A DNA stretch of 63,703 nt, filler included, from Collodictyon triciliatum (Eukaryota): NCBI GenBank assembly GCA_043381765.1. It is 18 parts of 17 records of this genome, joined end to end, with 100 filler letters (N's around TTAATTAATTAA, not from the genome) between each part and the next. Parts side by side here need not be neighbours in the genome. Positions count along the whole stretch, not along the records: positions 1 to 3,490 come from JBHJMP010007259.1; positions 3,591 to 7,084 come from JBHJMP010007260.1; positions 7,185 to 10,673 come from JBHJMP010007261.1; positions 10,774 to 14,262 come from JBHJMP010007262.1; 14 more parts are not named here. One strand, given 5' to 3'. Position numbers and translations under genes: made by a program. Below the pieces are notes generated by a model that was given only the letters and a program-made list of their open reading frames with translations, was not told the DNA's origin and did no database searches. Each line of letters begins with the position of its first letter. The first letter of the stretch is position 1. Positions 1-10,832 of the stretch are shown here, one piece after another.

Positions 1-2
1 TT

Positions 3-93
<91 letters not shown>

Positions 94-134
94 CTTTTTG
101 GTGATATCATTCGTAACTAATATTCCTCATGCAG

Positions 135-3100
135 GTGCCTACGGTGTTGTTTTAAAATGCAGACAAAAGGTATGTTTTAGCATTTCTCTTTCTCTACACC
201 TTCGACTTGATATCAACTCTTAATGAATAAAATTGCTGGCTCATGATTGCTCCTTTAGCATTTATTGAATAATTTTTCGCCCTCAGAATAATTATGATGC
301 AGGATACCGGGGATATTGTTGCGATTAAGAAGTTTAAAAACATCGGAGGTACTGAAAAATGCTTCCTATTTTTCTCCGATACTGCAGATGTTGGGAAAGT
401 TCACCATGTGTCGATTCGTTCTTTCTTTTAATTGGATACCACCATACTTCTATTTGCACAAAAAAAATAATCGACTTCTATAGATCGAGAGCTGATGAAC
501 AAAACTGCTCAGCGAGAATTGAAGGTTCTTCGAATATTAAAGCATCCCAACATCGTCGGGCTGAAAGACTCATTTCAAAGACGCGGCCGACTGCACATTG
601 TTTTTGAGGTGTTCTTTTACATTTTATTCTTTTTGAATCCTTACACATAAACGTAGAGTTATAGAACTTTCCATGAAAAATATAAATATGATGCCCAATA
701 CATCAACTGATTCAATTAATAATAAATTAATGCCATTCATCTCATTTCGGGCTTTTTTTCTTCAACATTGAAATACGTAATCAACCCGAGAAGTTCATGG
801 AGTGTAACATGTTGGAGTATTTGGACTGTTATCCCCAAGGAATCGATTCCTATCTCGTGAAATTCTTTGTATTTCAGCTAGTCAAAGCAATCGACTTCTG
901 TCATCACAACCATATTCTTCATAGAGGTCTTTGCTTTATCAAAAAATAGATTCTCAAGTTAATAAAAACTCTTTTGAGCTTTGGTGTTTTATTATTATTA
1001 TTATTACTACTATTACTATTACTATTATTTATTCTATCCTTCAGTCATTGGAGCTTTGCTGTGTCGAATAACTTTTGTTTGTAATTTTAATTAATTTTGT
1101 TTCGAAATTTATAAATATATTCAGATATAAAACCAGAGAATCTTCTAGTCAATCAAGGGTATATTGTCAAGCTTTGTGATTTCGGTGCGCATTTTGTTTA
1201 TCATATATAACCTTTTTGATAACTTTTTTTTCAGAATCTAATTTCAACAATTTCCCTGTACACGAAGGATTTGCACGTCTTGCTTCAAAATCAGGGGATG
1301 ATTACACAAGCTATGTTGCCACAAGATGGTATCGAGCTCCAGAGCTTCTTATCGGGTATGTAATTAATGTTTGATAGTAAGAAAATCATACAGAAAAAAA
1401 TGCATATTTTTTTTGTTATATTATTAGGGATGTAGGTGTATGTGTATATTGATATTTATTGCGGTTTGATACTTGTCGATAGGATTCAAGATAAACCCTG
1501 TTAATCGTGTTTTTTCTGTTCATTTATATATTCTTTGTAATATTTCATGAATCTCGAAATTCGACATTCTTATAAAATTGAGTTCATTTATTTCTGCACA
1601 AATATAATTTTACTTGTATTCTGTGTGCGATGTGTATATTACCGAAATAGGGGCGCAGTTCTTGGTATATTACTTCCTTTGAACTCATCGAAGCCATGTT
1701 CAGCTTGTAACTTTCTAACATACTCATGCACAGTTCTAGTACATACGACAAGAGTATGGACATTTGGTCAATTGCATGTGTTTTGTACGAATTAATTGAG
1801 GCTCGTCCCTTATTCCCTGGAGAATCAGAAATCGACCAATTGTTAGGTTTTTTCTTGAAAAATAAAAGGGTTAATTTGACCTTCGTTCCTTTAATTTTTT
1901 TTTCTGTTTGTAACTAATAAAGACTTCATGTGATGTTGAATTTTCGGTTTCCAATTCGGAACATAGATATATCATGCAGAAAACTCTGGGTCCTCTTTTG
2001 CCTGAACAGTGCGAATTCGTCACCGAGAATCCACGATTTTACGGATTCCACTTTCCTGAACTAGGAAGAGGTGATGGATTGGAGGCACGCAGCAGTCAGC
2101 GTATCCCAAATCTTGCGATTCGGTTCATGAAGGTAACTCAAGTCGCCCGATACTACTTTCTTTGTATGAGGCACTTGCTCGTATTCTAGAGTTCCTTACT
2201 GTTCTACATCGAATCTAGTCGATTCTATACATGGACCCTACCAAGCGGGCAACAGCGAGAGAATGCCTGTCCCACCCGTGAGATTATCATCATCATCATC
2301 ATCATTATCATCATCATTATCATCATCATTATCATCATCATTATCATCATCATTATCATCATTATCATTATCACTACGCCATAACACTTTTTTTTCTATG
2401 AATAATGATCGTAATTGAAGTATCGATGTCATCTTAAACAGCCTTAAGCCATATTGCCTATAGCCTCATAATCCAGCGAAATATTATCCAAGAGGAACAT
2501 CAAATAATTTAACCATAATGAACAGATATTTTGATGGAGCGACAAATTTTGAGCAAAGCAGAGTCTCCACACCATATATTCATATTGAACGCAAGCCAAA
2601 AAAATCATCAAAAGTATTTCATCCTTCATCTCCTGACATAATATCCATTTTGTACTTCCATGACAGTCTCTTGACTGTGTTTTTACGAAATAATAGTAGA
2701 ACAAAATTAAGAAAAAAACAAGAATTTTCTTCTTTTTTTTAAAAAAAAACAACAGATTTTAGACGATGTTGAAAGTTCTTCTCCGACCCTCGTTACATCC
2801 AAGAGTTTGGACAAAGGCGAAAGCATGGCTATTAATTCAGATCCAGACTTTCCAGACAAACAGAAGAGCCCCACGAAAATTCACTTACGGAAGAGGAATT
2901 CAATTCGGAAAGCAGGCTCCTCACCAAAAGCCTCGCATGTCGGGGGCGATGAGAAAAACGAAACAGATTCAAATAGAAATGGCGCAACGTTTGTCACACC
3001 AGATGAAAATGGGTCCAGAGGGCCTTCAAGAAAACATACATCCCCAAAGCAGAGACAAGGAAACCAAAAGGAAACATTCGAATTTCCTTTGATTAATAGA

Positions 3101-3490
3101 TCTGAACTTAGTTACGCACCTCTTTTTAGCTCCATCTTCCCACCAAGCTTTGAGCTTTCACCAGATAGAGAAAGTAGAACCCCCTATCATTACCGAAGCA
3201 CATCCACAAACATCTATCATGAACAGCGCCCATCGAAAATCGACAACCGGGTAATTGTCTGCGTAAATAGCATCAAGTATTATATCGTGAGCTCAACTTA
3301 ACAAGCAACTAGCAGGCTATTCTGTGTATTTATAATTCGCATACACGAAAACAAAAGAAAACAAAACAAAACAAAACGAAATGAAGCAAAAAAGAAAATT
3401 TCCACTAAATCACTAATATTCACGTAGAAGAGTATGGACCAAAGCTTGCCTGTCAATTGGACACAAAATCAGGACCTACATTACAGAAAA
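135..3490 (+). CDS. CDK-like (CDKL family) Ser/Thr kinase, multi-exon, both ends missing
   Basis: Hand-spliced GT-AG exons give [12 protein letters not shown] / [12 protein letters not shown] / [21 protein letters not shown] / [10 protein letters not shown] / KLCDFGFAR / [16 protein letters not shown] / [24 protein letters not shown] / [19 protein letters not shown] Ser/Pro-rich tail follows. The TxY activation loop and these motifs are typical of CDKL kinases. Confidence 0.92.
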
Positions 3491-3590
3491 NNNNNNNNNN
3501 NNNNNNNNNNNNNNNNNNNNNNNNNNNNNNNNNNTTAATTAATTAANNNNNNNNNNNNNNNNNNNNNNNNNNNNNNNNNNNNNNNNNNNN
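3491..3590. other. Artificial contig linker (44 N + TTAATTAATTAA + 44 N), first of 17
   Basis: Identical 100-nt spacers with stops in all six frames also start at 7085, 10674, 14263, 17849, 21435, 25020, 28603, 32189, 35772, 39355, 42938, 46525, 50107, 53394, 56975 and 60553. True scaffold gaps lie at 8170-8702, 26412-27058 and 34374-35192. Confidence 0.98.
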
Positions 3591-3829
3591 TGCGGTTGGA
3601 GAGTGGCCGAAATTCTGCAATCAGAAACTGGAGAATGCACATTGGAAAATGGATTGTCGAGACATTATTATGGATTCTTTGATTATTGATATGCTGAAAA
3701 AAATGCTAGGTGTTTTCTATTGTTGTAATGGTAAAGGAGAAAATAAGAAATTCTCTTAATGAAAAAATGTTTGTATATGGGATACTCACCTGAAGTTCTT
3801 CGCGTCTGCACATGGACGAGAATATGTTG

Positions 3830-4954
3830 TGTCTCGTGTCCACGATTCGGCTTTGTTGCTCAATAAACAGGGTATTGGACTTCGAATGTTCACATAACTG
3901 CCAAATATCGCTATTTTCACAAGGGAAATTCATTTTTTGTGCTCTGTGCATGAATAAGCCTTATGTATGTATTATAACAAAAAAATAAAAACATCTAATG
4001 TATAGAGGAAAAAAAACAGAGTGCTCAAAGTGAAGTGAAAGGCAAAATATAATATCTGATTGCACAAGACTTACGGTTTTCGCATTCGGGCATAGTGGAG
4101 AGCGCTTGATGTCCTTTGCGTGTGAAGCAGACTCCATTGCTCAATAATCAGCGAATTGGGCTTCGAATGTTCCCATAACCCATCACACAGATTGCTCTAT
4201 TATGGCAGGAGAAATTCAATTTTTATGCTCTATGCATTAATAAACCTTCAATATGAATTATATATATATATAAAAAAACACCGACTAAGTGTGTGGAGTA
4301 CAAAACAAGGTGCTCGAAGTGAGAGATGGAAAATAAAATATATGATTGCTGAAGACTTACGGCTTTCGTATCCGGGCATAATGCAGAGCCATTGCAATTC
4401 TTAGTGTGCGATGCAGACTTCGTCGTTTGATAAGCAGGATATTGGACTTCGAATGTTCACATAGCCGGACACAATTTGCTATTTTCACAAGGAAAATTTC
4501 AATTATTGTGCTCTGTGCATGAATAAGCCTTCAATATGAATTACAATAAAGTTCATCGACTATGTGTATGCAAGTACAAATCCAAATGCTCGAAGTGAAA
4601 CTAAAAATAAAATATCTGATTGCATAAGACTTACGGTTTTCCTATCCGACATAGTGGAGAGCCTTAGAGTTCTTCGTGTCCGCGATTCGACTTTGTTGCT
4701 CAATAAACAGGGTATTGAGCTTCGAATGTTCCACATGGTCGACACAGATTGCACTATTTTGACAAGAGAAATTCAATTTTTGTGCTTTATGCATGAATAT
4801 ACTTTTCTTTATGAATTATAACAAAAACATCGACTAAGTGTGTGCTTGCACAAAACAAAGGTGCTCGAAGTGAAGAGAAGGCAAAATAGAATATCTGATT
4901 GCTGAAGACTTACGGCTTTCGTATTCGGCATAGTAGAGAGCCTTAGCAGTATTT
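3830..4954. repeat. Degenerate ~280-bp tandem repeat (about 4 copies; a further copy resumes at ~6960-7084)
   Basis: The anchor GACTTACGG recurs at 4068, 4354, 4628 and 4907. The blocks CTTCGAATGTTC and GTGCTCGAAGTGA recur with the same period. Confidence 0.9.
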
Positions 4955-6990
4955 GTGTGTGTGAAGCAGACCGCGTCGTATTCCGGCATAATGGAGATCC
5001 TTTGCGGGTCTTGTATGAGGCAGACTGCGTCGTCTTCCGGCATAGTGGAGAGCCTTTGCGGGTCTTGTGTGAAGCAGACTTCGTCGACGTCCGGCATAGT
5101 GGAGAGCCTTTGCGGGTCTTGTGTGGAGCAGACTTCGTCGTATTCCGCCATAGTGGAGAGCCTTTGTGGGTCTTGTGTGAAGCAGACTTCGTCTCATCCC
5201 AACATAGTGGAGGGCCTTCGTGGGTCTTGTGTGGAGCAGTCTTCGTCGACGTTCGGCATAGTGCACAGCCTTCGCGGGTCTTGTGTGAAGCAGACTTCGT
5301 CGTATTCCGGCATAGTGGAGAGCCTTTGTGGGTCTTGTGTGAAGCAGATTTCGTCGACGTCCGGCGCAGTGGAGATCCTTTGCGGGTCTTGTGTGAAGCA
5401 GACTTCGTCGACGTCCGGCATAGTGGAGAGCCTTTGTGGGTCTTGTGTGGAGCAGACTGCGTCGACGTTCGGCATAGTGAAGAGCCTTCGTGGGTCTTGT
5501 GTGAAGCAGACTTCGTCGTATTCCGGCATAGTGGAGATCCTTCGTGGGTCTTGTGTGGAGCAGACTTCGTCGACGTTCGGCATAATGGAGAGCCTTTGCG
5601 GGTCTTGTGTGTGAAGCAGACTGCGTCGTATTCGGCATAACGCACAGCCTTTGCAGTCTTCGTGTGTGAAGCAGACTGCGTCGACGTCCGGCATAGTGGA
5701 AAGCCTTTGTGGGTCGTGTGTGAAGCAGACTTCGTCGTATTCCGGCATAGTGGAGAGCCTTTGCGGGTCTTGTGTGAAGCAGACTTCGTCGACGTTCGGC
5801 ATAGTGGAGATCCTTCGTGGGTCTTGTGTGGAGCAGACTTCGTCGACGTTCGGCATAGTGGAGGGCTTTCGAGGGTTGTGTGTGGAGCAAACTGCGTCGT
5901 ATTCCGGCATAGTGCAGAGCCTTCGAGGGTTGTGTGTGAAGCAGACTTCGTCACATTCCGGCATAGTGGAGATCCTTTGCGGGTCTTGTGTGAAGCAGAC
6001 TGCGTCGTATTCCGGCATAGTGGATAGCCTTTCAGGGTTGTGTGTGAAGCAGACCGCGTCGTAATCACGGCTTAGTGGAGAGCCTCTGTGTGTCTTGTGT
6101 GAGAAACAGACTTCGTCGCAGTCCGGCATAATGGAGAGCCTTTGTGGGTCTTGTGTGAGGCAGACTTCGTCGACGTTCGGCATGGTGGAGATCCTTCGCG
6201 GGTTGTGTCTTGTGAAGCAGACTTCGTCGCAGTCCGACATAGTGGAGAGCCTCTGTGTGTCTTCCGTGTGTGAAGCAGACTTCATCACATCCCAGCATAG
6301 TGGAGAGCCTTTGCGGGTCTTGTGTGAAGCGGACTGGGTCGTATTCCCGGCATAGTGGAGAGCCTTTGCGGGTCTTGTGTGAGGCAGACTGCGTCATATT
6401 CCGGCATAATGGAGAGCCCTTGCGGGTCTTGTGTGAGGCAGACTTCGTCGACGTTCGGCATAATGGAGAGCCCTTGCGGGTCTTGTGTGAAGCAGATTTC
6501 GTCGACGTCCGGCGCAGTGGAGACCCTTTGCGGGTCTTGTGTGAAGCAGACTTCGTCGACGTCCGGCATAGTGGAGAGCCTTTGCGGGTCTTGTGTGGAG
6601 CAGACTGCGTCGACGTTCGGCATAGTGGAGAGCCTTTGCGGGTCCTGTGTGAAGCAGACTTCGTCGACGTTCGGCATAACGCACAGCCTTTGTGGGTCTT
6701 GTGTGAAGCAGACATCGTCATATTCCGGCATAGCGGAGAGCCTTTGTGGGTCTTGAATGTGTGAAGCAGACTTCGTCATATTCCGGCATAGTGGGGGGCC
6801 TTATCGGGTCTTGCGCGTGAAGCAGTCTTCGTCGACGTTCGGCATAATGGAGAACCCTTGCGGGTCCTGTATGAGGCAGACTTCGTCATATTCCGGCATA
6901 GCGGAGAGCCTTTGCGGGTCCTGTATGAGGCAGCCTTCGTCACATTCCGGCATAGTGCAGAGCCTTTGCAGTCTTTGCGTGTGATGCAGA
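4955..6990. repeat. 54-bp CpG-rich tandem minisatellite, roughly 37 units
   Basis: Consensus GTGAAGCAGACTTCGTCGACGTTCGGCATAGTGGAGAGCCTTTGCGGGTCTTGT. ORFs on both strands show 18-aa periodicity. Occasional TG-run indels shift the frame. Confidence 0.97.
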
Positions 6991-7229
6991 CTCCGTTGCT
7001 CGATAAACAGGGAATTGGGCTTCGAATGTTCCCGTAACCCATCGCAGATTGCTCTATTATGGCAGGAGATATTCAATTTTGCTCNNNNNNNNNNNNNNNN
7101 NNNNNNNNNNNNNNNNNNNNNNNNNNNNTTAATTAATTAANNNNNNNNNNNNNNNNNNNNNNNNNNNNNNNNNNNNNNNNNNNNTCAAGTAAGCGAGGAG
7201 TGTGAAGAATGCAGTGAATAGCAAGCACG

Positions 7230-7328
<99 letters not shown>

Positions 7329-7333
7329 CTTGC

Positions 7334-10300
7334 CATCCTGCGCGTACAGACCAAGATGTTGCTTAGTGACTTTCATCAATTCTACGTCTTCCTTGCTTTC
7401 CTATTAATCACAATTAAAGAAATGTATACGTCCCATTTCACATATTTTACTTGAGTAGACATAAAATCTAGTTTCAAATGAATTATCATTCTAATTTTTG
7501 ATTTTTTTCTATGCCAAAGGAATCCATCTTTACATACCGTACTCAATATACTCAGGACTGAGCTATCAGCCCCTTTCATTAGTGCGTAGTATTCGCCTTC
7601 GCTTGTCCTTATCAAAACAGTCATCCTCTTTCTGATAGAGTCAAAATGACAGATGTCCTCTATGAAGAAAGTGAGCGGTCTCCCATTGACCTCAAGCTCC
7701 ATTGCATCAGGTGTTCTCTGAAATGAAAAAGAAAAGAAAATAAAGATAATGTAATTATGATAGGTTTAGTGATACATGGATAGCAATATACCTTTTTAAG
7801 CACAAATCTAGCGTGTGATGCAGCGACGACATGAGCCTCTTCATCACTAGATGAAGCTTGATATATAATCTGATCTGTGAGATAAAACAATACGATACAT
7901 TTAAGCTAAATTTCAGAGAAATAGAGCCATTTGCCCATTATCCAGGAAAAAAAAACGAAAAAAAACTACTCACAGATTTTTTCCCCTTTATTTGATTCAA
8001 AGAAAGACTGCTAACAGATAACAGAAGCATGGGAATAAATTTAGCTATACGCACCATTTTCATAATCCACGCTGACAGTATGGCAAAGAGATGCAACATA
8101 CCAGAAGAGCTTCTGATAAATTTCGGATGTCCAATCTTCCACTTGCTGTATGTGAATCTGCTCCTAAGGNNNNNNNNNNNNNNNNNNNNNNNNNNNNNNN
8201 NNNNNNNNNNNNNNNNNNNNNNNNNNNNNNNNNNNNNNNNNNNNNNNNNNNNNNNNNNNNNNNNNNNNNNNNNNNNNNNNNNNNNNNNNNNNNNNNNNNN
8301 NNNNNNNNNNNNNNNNNNNNNNNNNNNNNNNNNNNNNNNNNNNNNNNNNNNNNNNNNNNNNNNNNNNNNNNNNNNNNNNNNNNNNNNNNNNNNNNNNNNN
8401 NNNNNNNNNNNNNNNNNNNNNNNNNNNNNNNNNNNNNNNNNNNNNNNNNNNNNNNNNNNNNNNNNNNNNNNNNNNNNNNNNNNNNNNNNNNNNNNNNNNN
8501 NNNNNNNNNNNNNNNNNNNNNNNNNNNNNNNNNNNNNNNNNNNNNNNNNNNNNNNNNNNNNNNNNNNNNNNNNNNNNNNNNNNNNNNNNNNNNNNNNNNN
8601 NNNNNNNNNNNNNNNNNNNNNNNNNNNNNNNNNNNNNNNNNNNNNNNNNNNNNNNNNNNNNNNNNNNNNNNNNNNNNNNNNNNNNNNNNNNNNNNNNNNN
8701 NNAATTCGAGGTTGAATGATCGATAAGATATTTAGAATAAATAAAGATCGCAAGGCTCTATTCCTCCCCTCTCCCAGTAATGCGCATGTATATGTCAAAT
8801 AAGACTTATAATGATCAATTGAGCATTACTTTGCACATCTCCGCGGTGACGTACAAAGATATTGGAATCATATAATTTAACAAAACCTAAATTTTGTCAG
8901 TCGAATGTACATCGAATTAGCTCAAGATAAATGATAACATGTTCAGGTATACTCAATATAGCATTGAATCGAATAAAGAAAAGGCCTCATTATTTAATAT
9001 TTATGACCAATTCTAACAAAGTCCTAATTGAATGAGTACACAGTTATTTCTTGGTCTCTTTGGTTTCAAAAACTTACGAAAAAGGTCAGAAAATCAAGCG
9101 TCGTCTGTTGTACTTCATATCCTACATTTCGAACTCTCTTACGCAGATAGTATGCCTCCTCCACATTATCCAGCTAATGGTTAAATATAGATGAAAGCTT
9201 ATATTAACCACCTCTGTATATCTCAAATATAAATAGTCGAGCAATACTTTTCTATCTTTTGCTACAGTGTTATCAATAATCATTTGCTTGATAATATAAG
9301 CAATTATGTACTGCAGCATTCAGTACATCACACATCAAATTTCCTATCAAATGAAACTGCTGGTAATGTTATTCCTTACTCTCCATGCCATTGCAGCTAT
9401 CGCTATCAAAATACTTAGAAATGTCTTTGTGTAGCAAGAGGCAGTATCAGTCGTGAGAATATATAAATTATAATTATTAATAATTTGAAAATGAAGTGAT
9501 GGTATGCTTATAATGTAGCTACCTGAACTATTAATATCCAAATTAGCGTCTGATTCAGCTGAGTTTCTAGGTGAGAGAACTTAGAAGGTACTTCTTGCTG
9601 ATTGAGGATTATTTTTGTTTCTGGACCTGTTAACCAAGAAAAAAAACAATCATATCGTTAGAAATACCAGATCTGACATGGTCATGATTGAAGTAGTGAA
9701 CTAAAAAAAAAAAAAAAGAGAAGGAAAAAGAAAGATTTAGTACACAGGATTAAAACTCTATTATATGTAGGTGGCATAAGTGATATACCTGTATATGCAA
9801 CAAGGGCGTATACAAAACTGGTATTTTTCAGAAATGCACCCTGTGAACCATTAAATCATCTTTAGGAGCACACAAACAGCCTTCAATACTTCATATTACA
9901 CTTTTGGGCAAGTTGGTTTTTTTTAATTCAATAGCGATAAAACATAATTTCAATTCAAATTCCCGTCTTGGGGAATATAAGAGGAGTAATATTTATTATT
10001 CTTACCCTTAGAAGTAAATGATCTGCATTAAGTCCAAATATTTTGTCCTGGCCAGAATATTTCAAATCACCCGATGACATCAGATGAAGGGTAGCTTGAA
10101 AGGAGTATATATGCATATGTGGCTCTTCGCACTTGGAGGTTGTGTACATTTTTTTTTTTTTTTTAGATTGATGAAATGAAGTTTCTTAAATAGTACAATT
10201 TTTTAAAAGTTTTTATGGTTAATATCAAAACCTTGACCATCACTTTAAGACGTGAAATAGAATTTTCATCACGAGATGATGAGGTTATCTTTGGAGAGTT

Positions 10301-10540
10301 CCTCTGTTTCAGGTTTGTTTCTCTGTGAAATATATTTGTAACTTTATTCTTGTAATTGGAGATATCTCTAATGTGACATAGTTTACTTGTATATTCTTAT
10401 TGTCAACATTCGTCTTATACCCTACCCATCCAAGTTTGCTGTCTCGATAAAGCAAACTCCATCACTGTTTGAGCTGGATAATAGTACAGCATCCGCTGAG
10501 ATATTTTATCGAGATGATTAATTAGTTCTTTAAATAAAAA
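7334..10540 (-). CDS. P4-type ATPase (phospholipid flippase), internal multi-exon fragment
   Basis: Spliced motifs ETANLDG|ETNLK, CEEP..IYSF, HLLLR|GAFLKNTSFVYALVAYTG|PETKI, VLLNYMIPISLYVT, YQASSSDE, FDSIRKRMTV, MKGADS and HLGLYAQDG. The DKTGT motif presumably lies in the N gap. Confidence 0.93.
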
Positions 10541-10631
10541 CTGCTATATACAGACTCTGTACCGAATCATTAATGAGAAAATAAAACAGCAAAAAAAAAA
10601 AATAAAAAAAAAAAAATCAAAAACAAAAAAT

Positions 10632-10662
<31 letters not shown>

Positions 10663-10832
10663 AAAAAACCAAANNNNNNNNNNNNNNNNNNNNNNNNNNN
10701 NNNNNNNNNNNNNNNNNTTAATTAATTAANNNNNNNNNNNNNNNNNNNNNNNNNNNNNNNNNNNNNNNNNNNNCATAAATCTCATAAATAGTTCAATTGA
10801 TAATGGAAAAGAAAGAATATTGAATCACATAC

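Noticed and set aside
3535-3546. Regularly spaced TTAATTAATTAA palindromes (~3.58-kb period)
   Set aside because: An assembly linker between similar-sized contigs, not biological.
4955-6990. CRISPR-like array
   Set aside because: The units are contiguous 54-bp copies with a few recurring variants. There are no unique spacers and no cas genes, and the context is eukaryotic.
4809-7076. Many overlapping long ORFs on both strands
   Set aside because: A by-product of a stop-poor repeat whose length is a multiple of 3; the frames break at TG indels.
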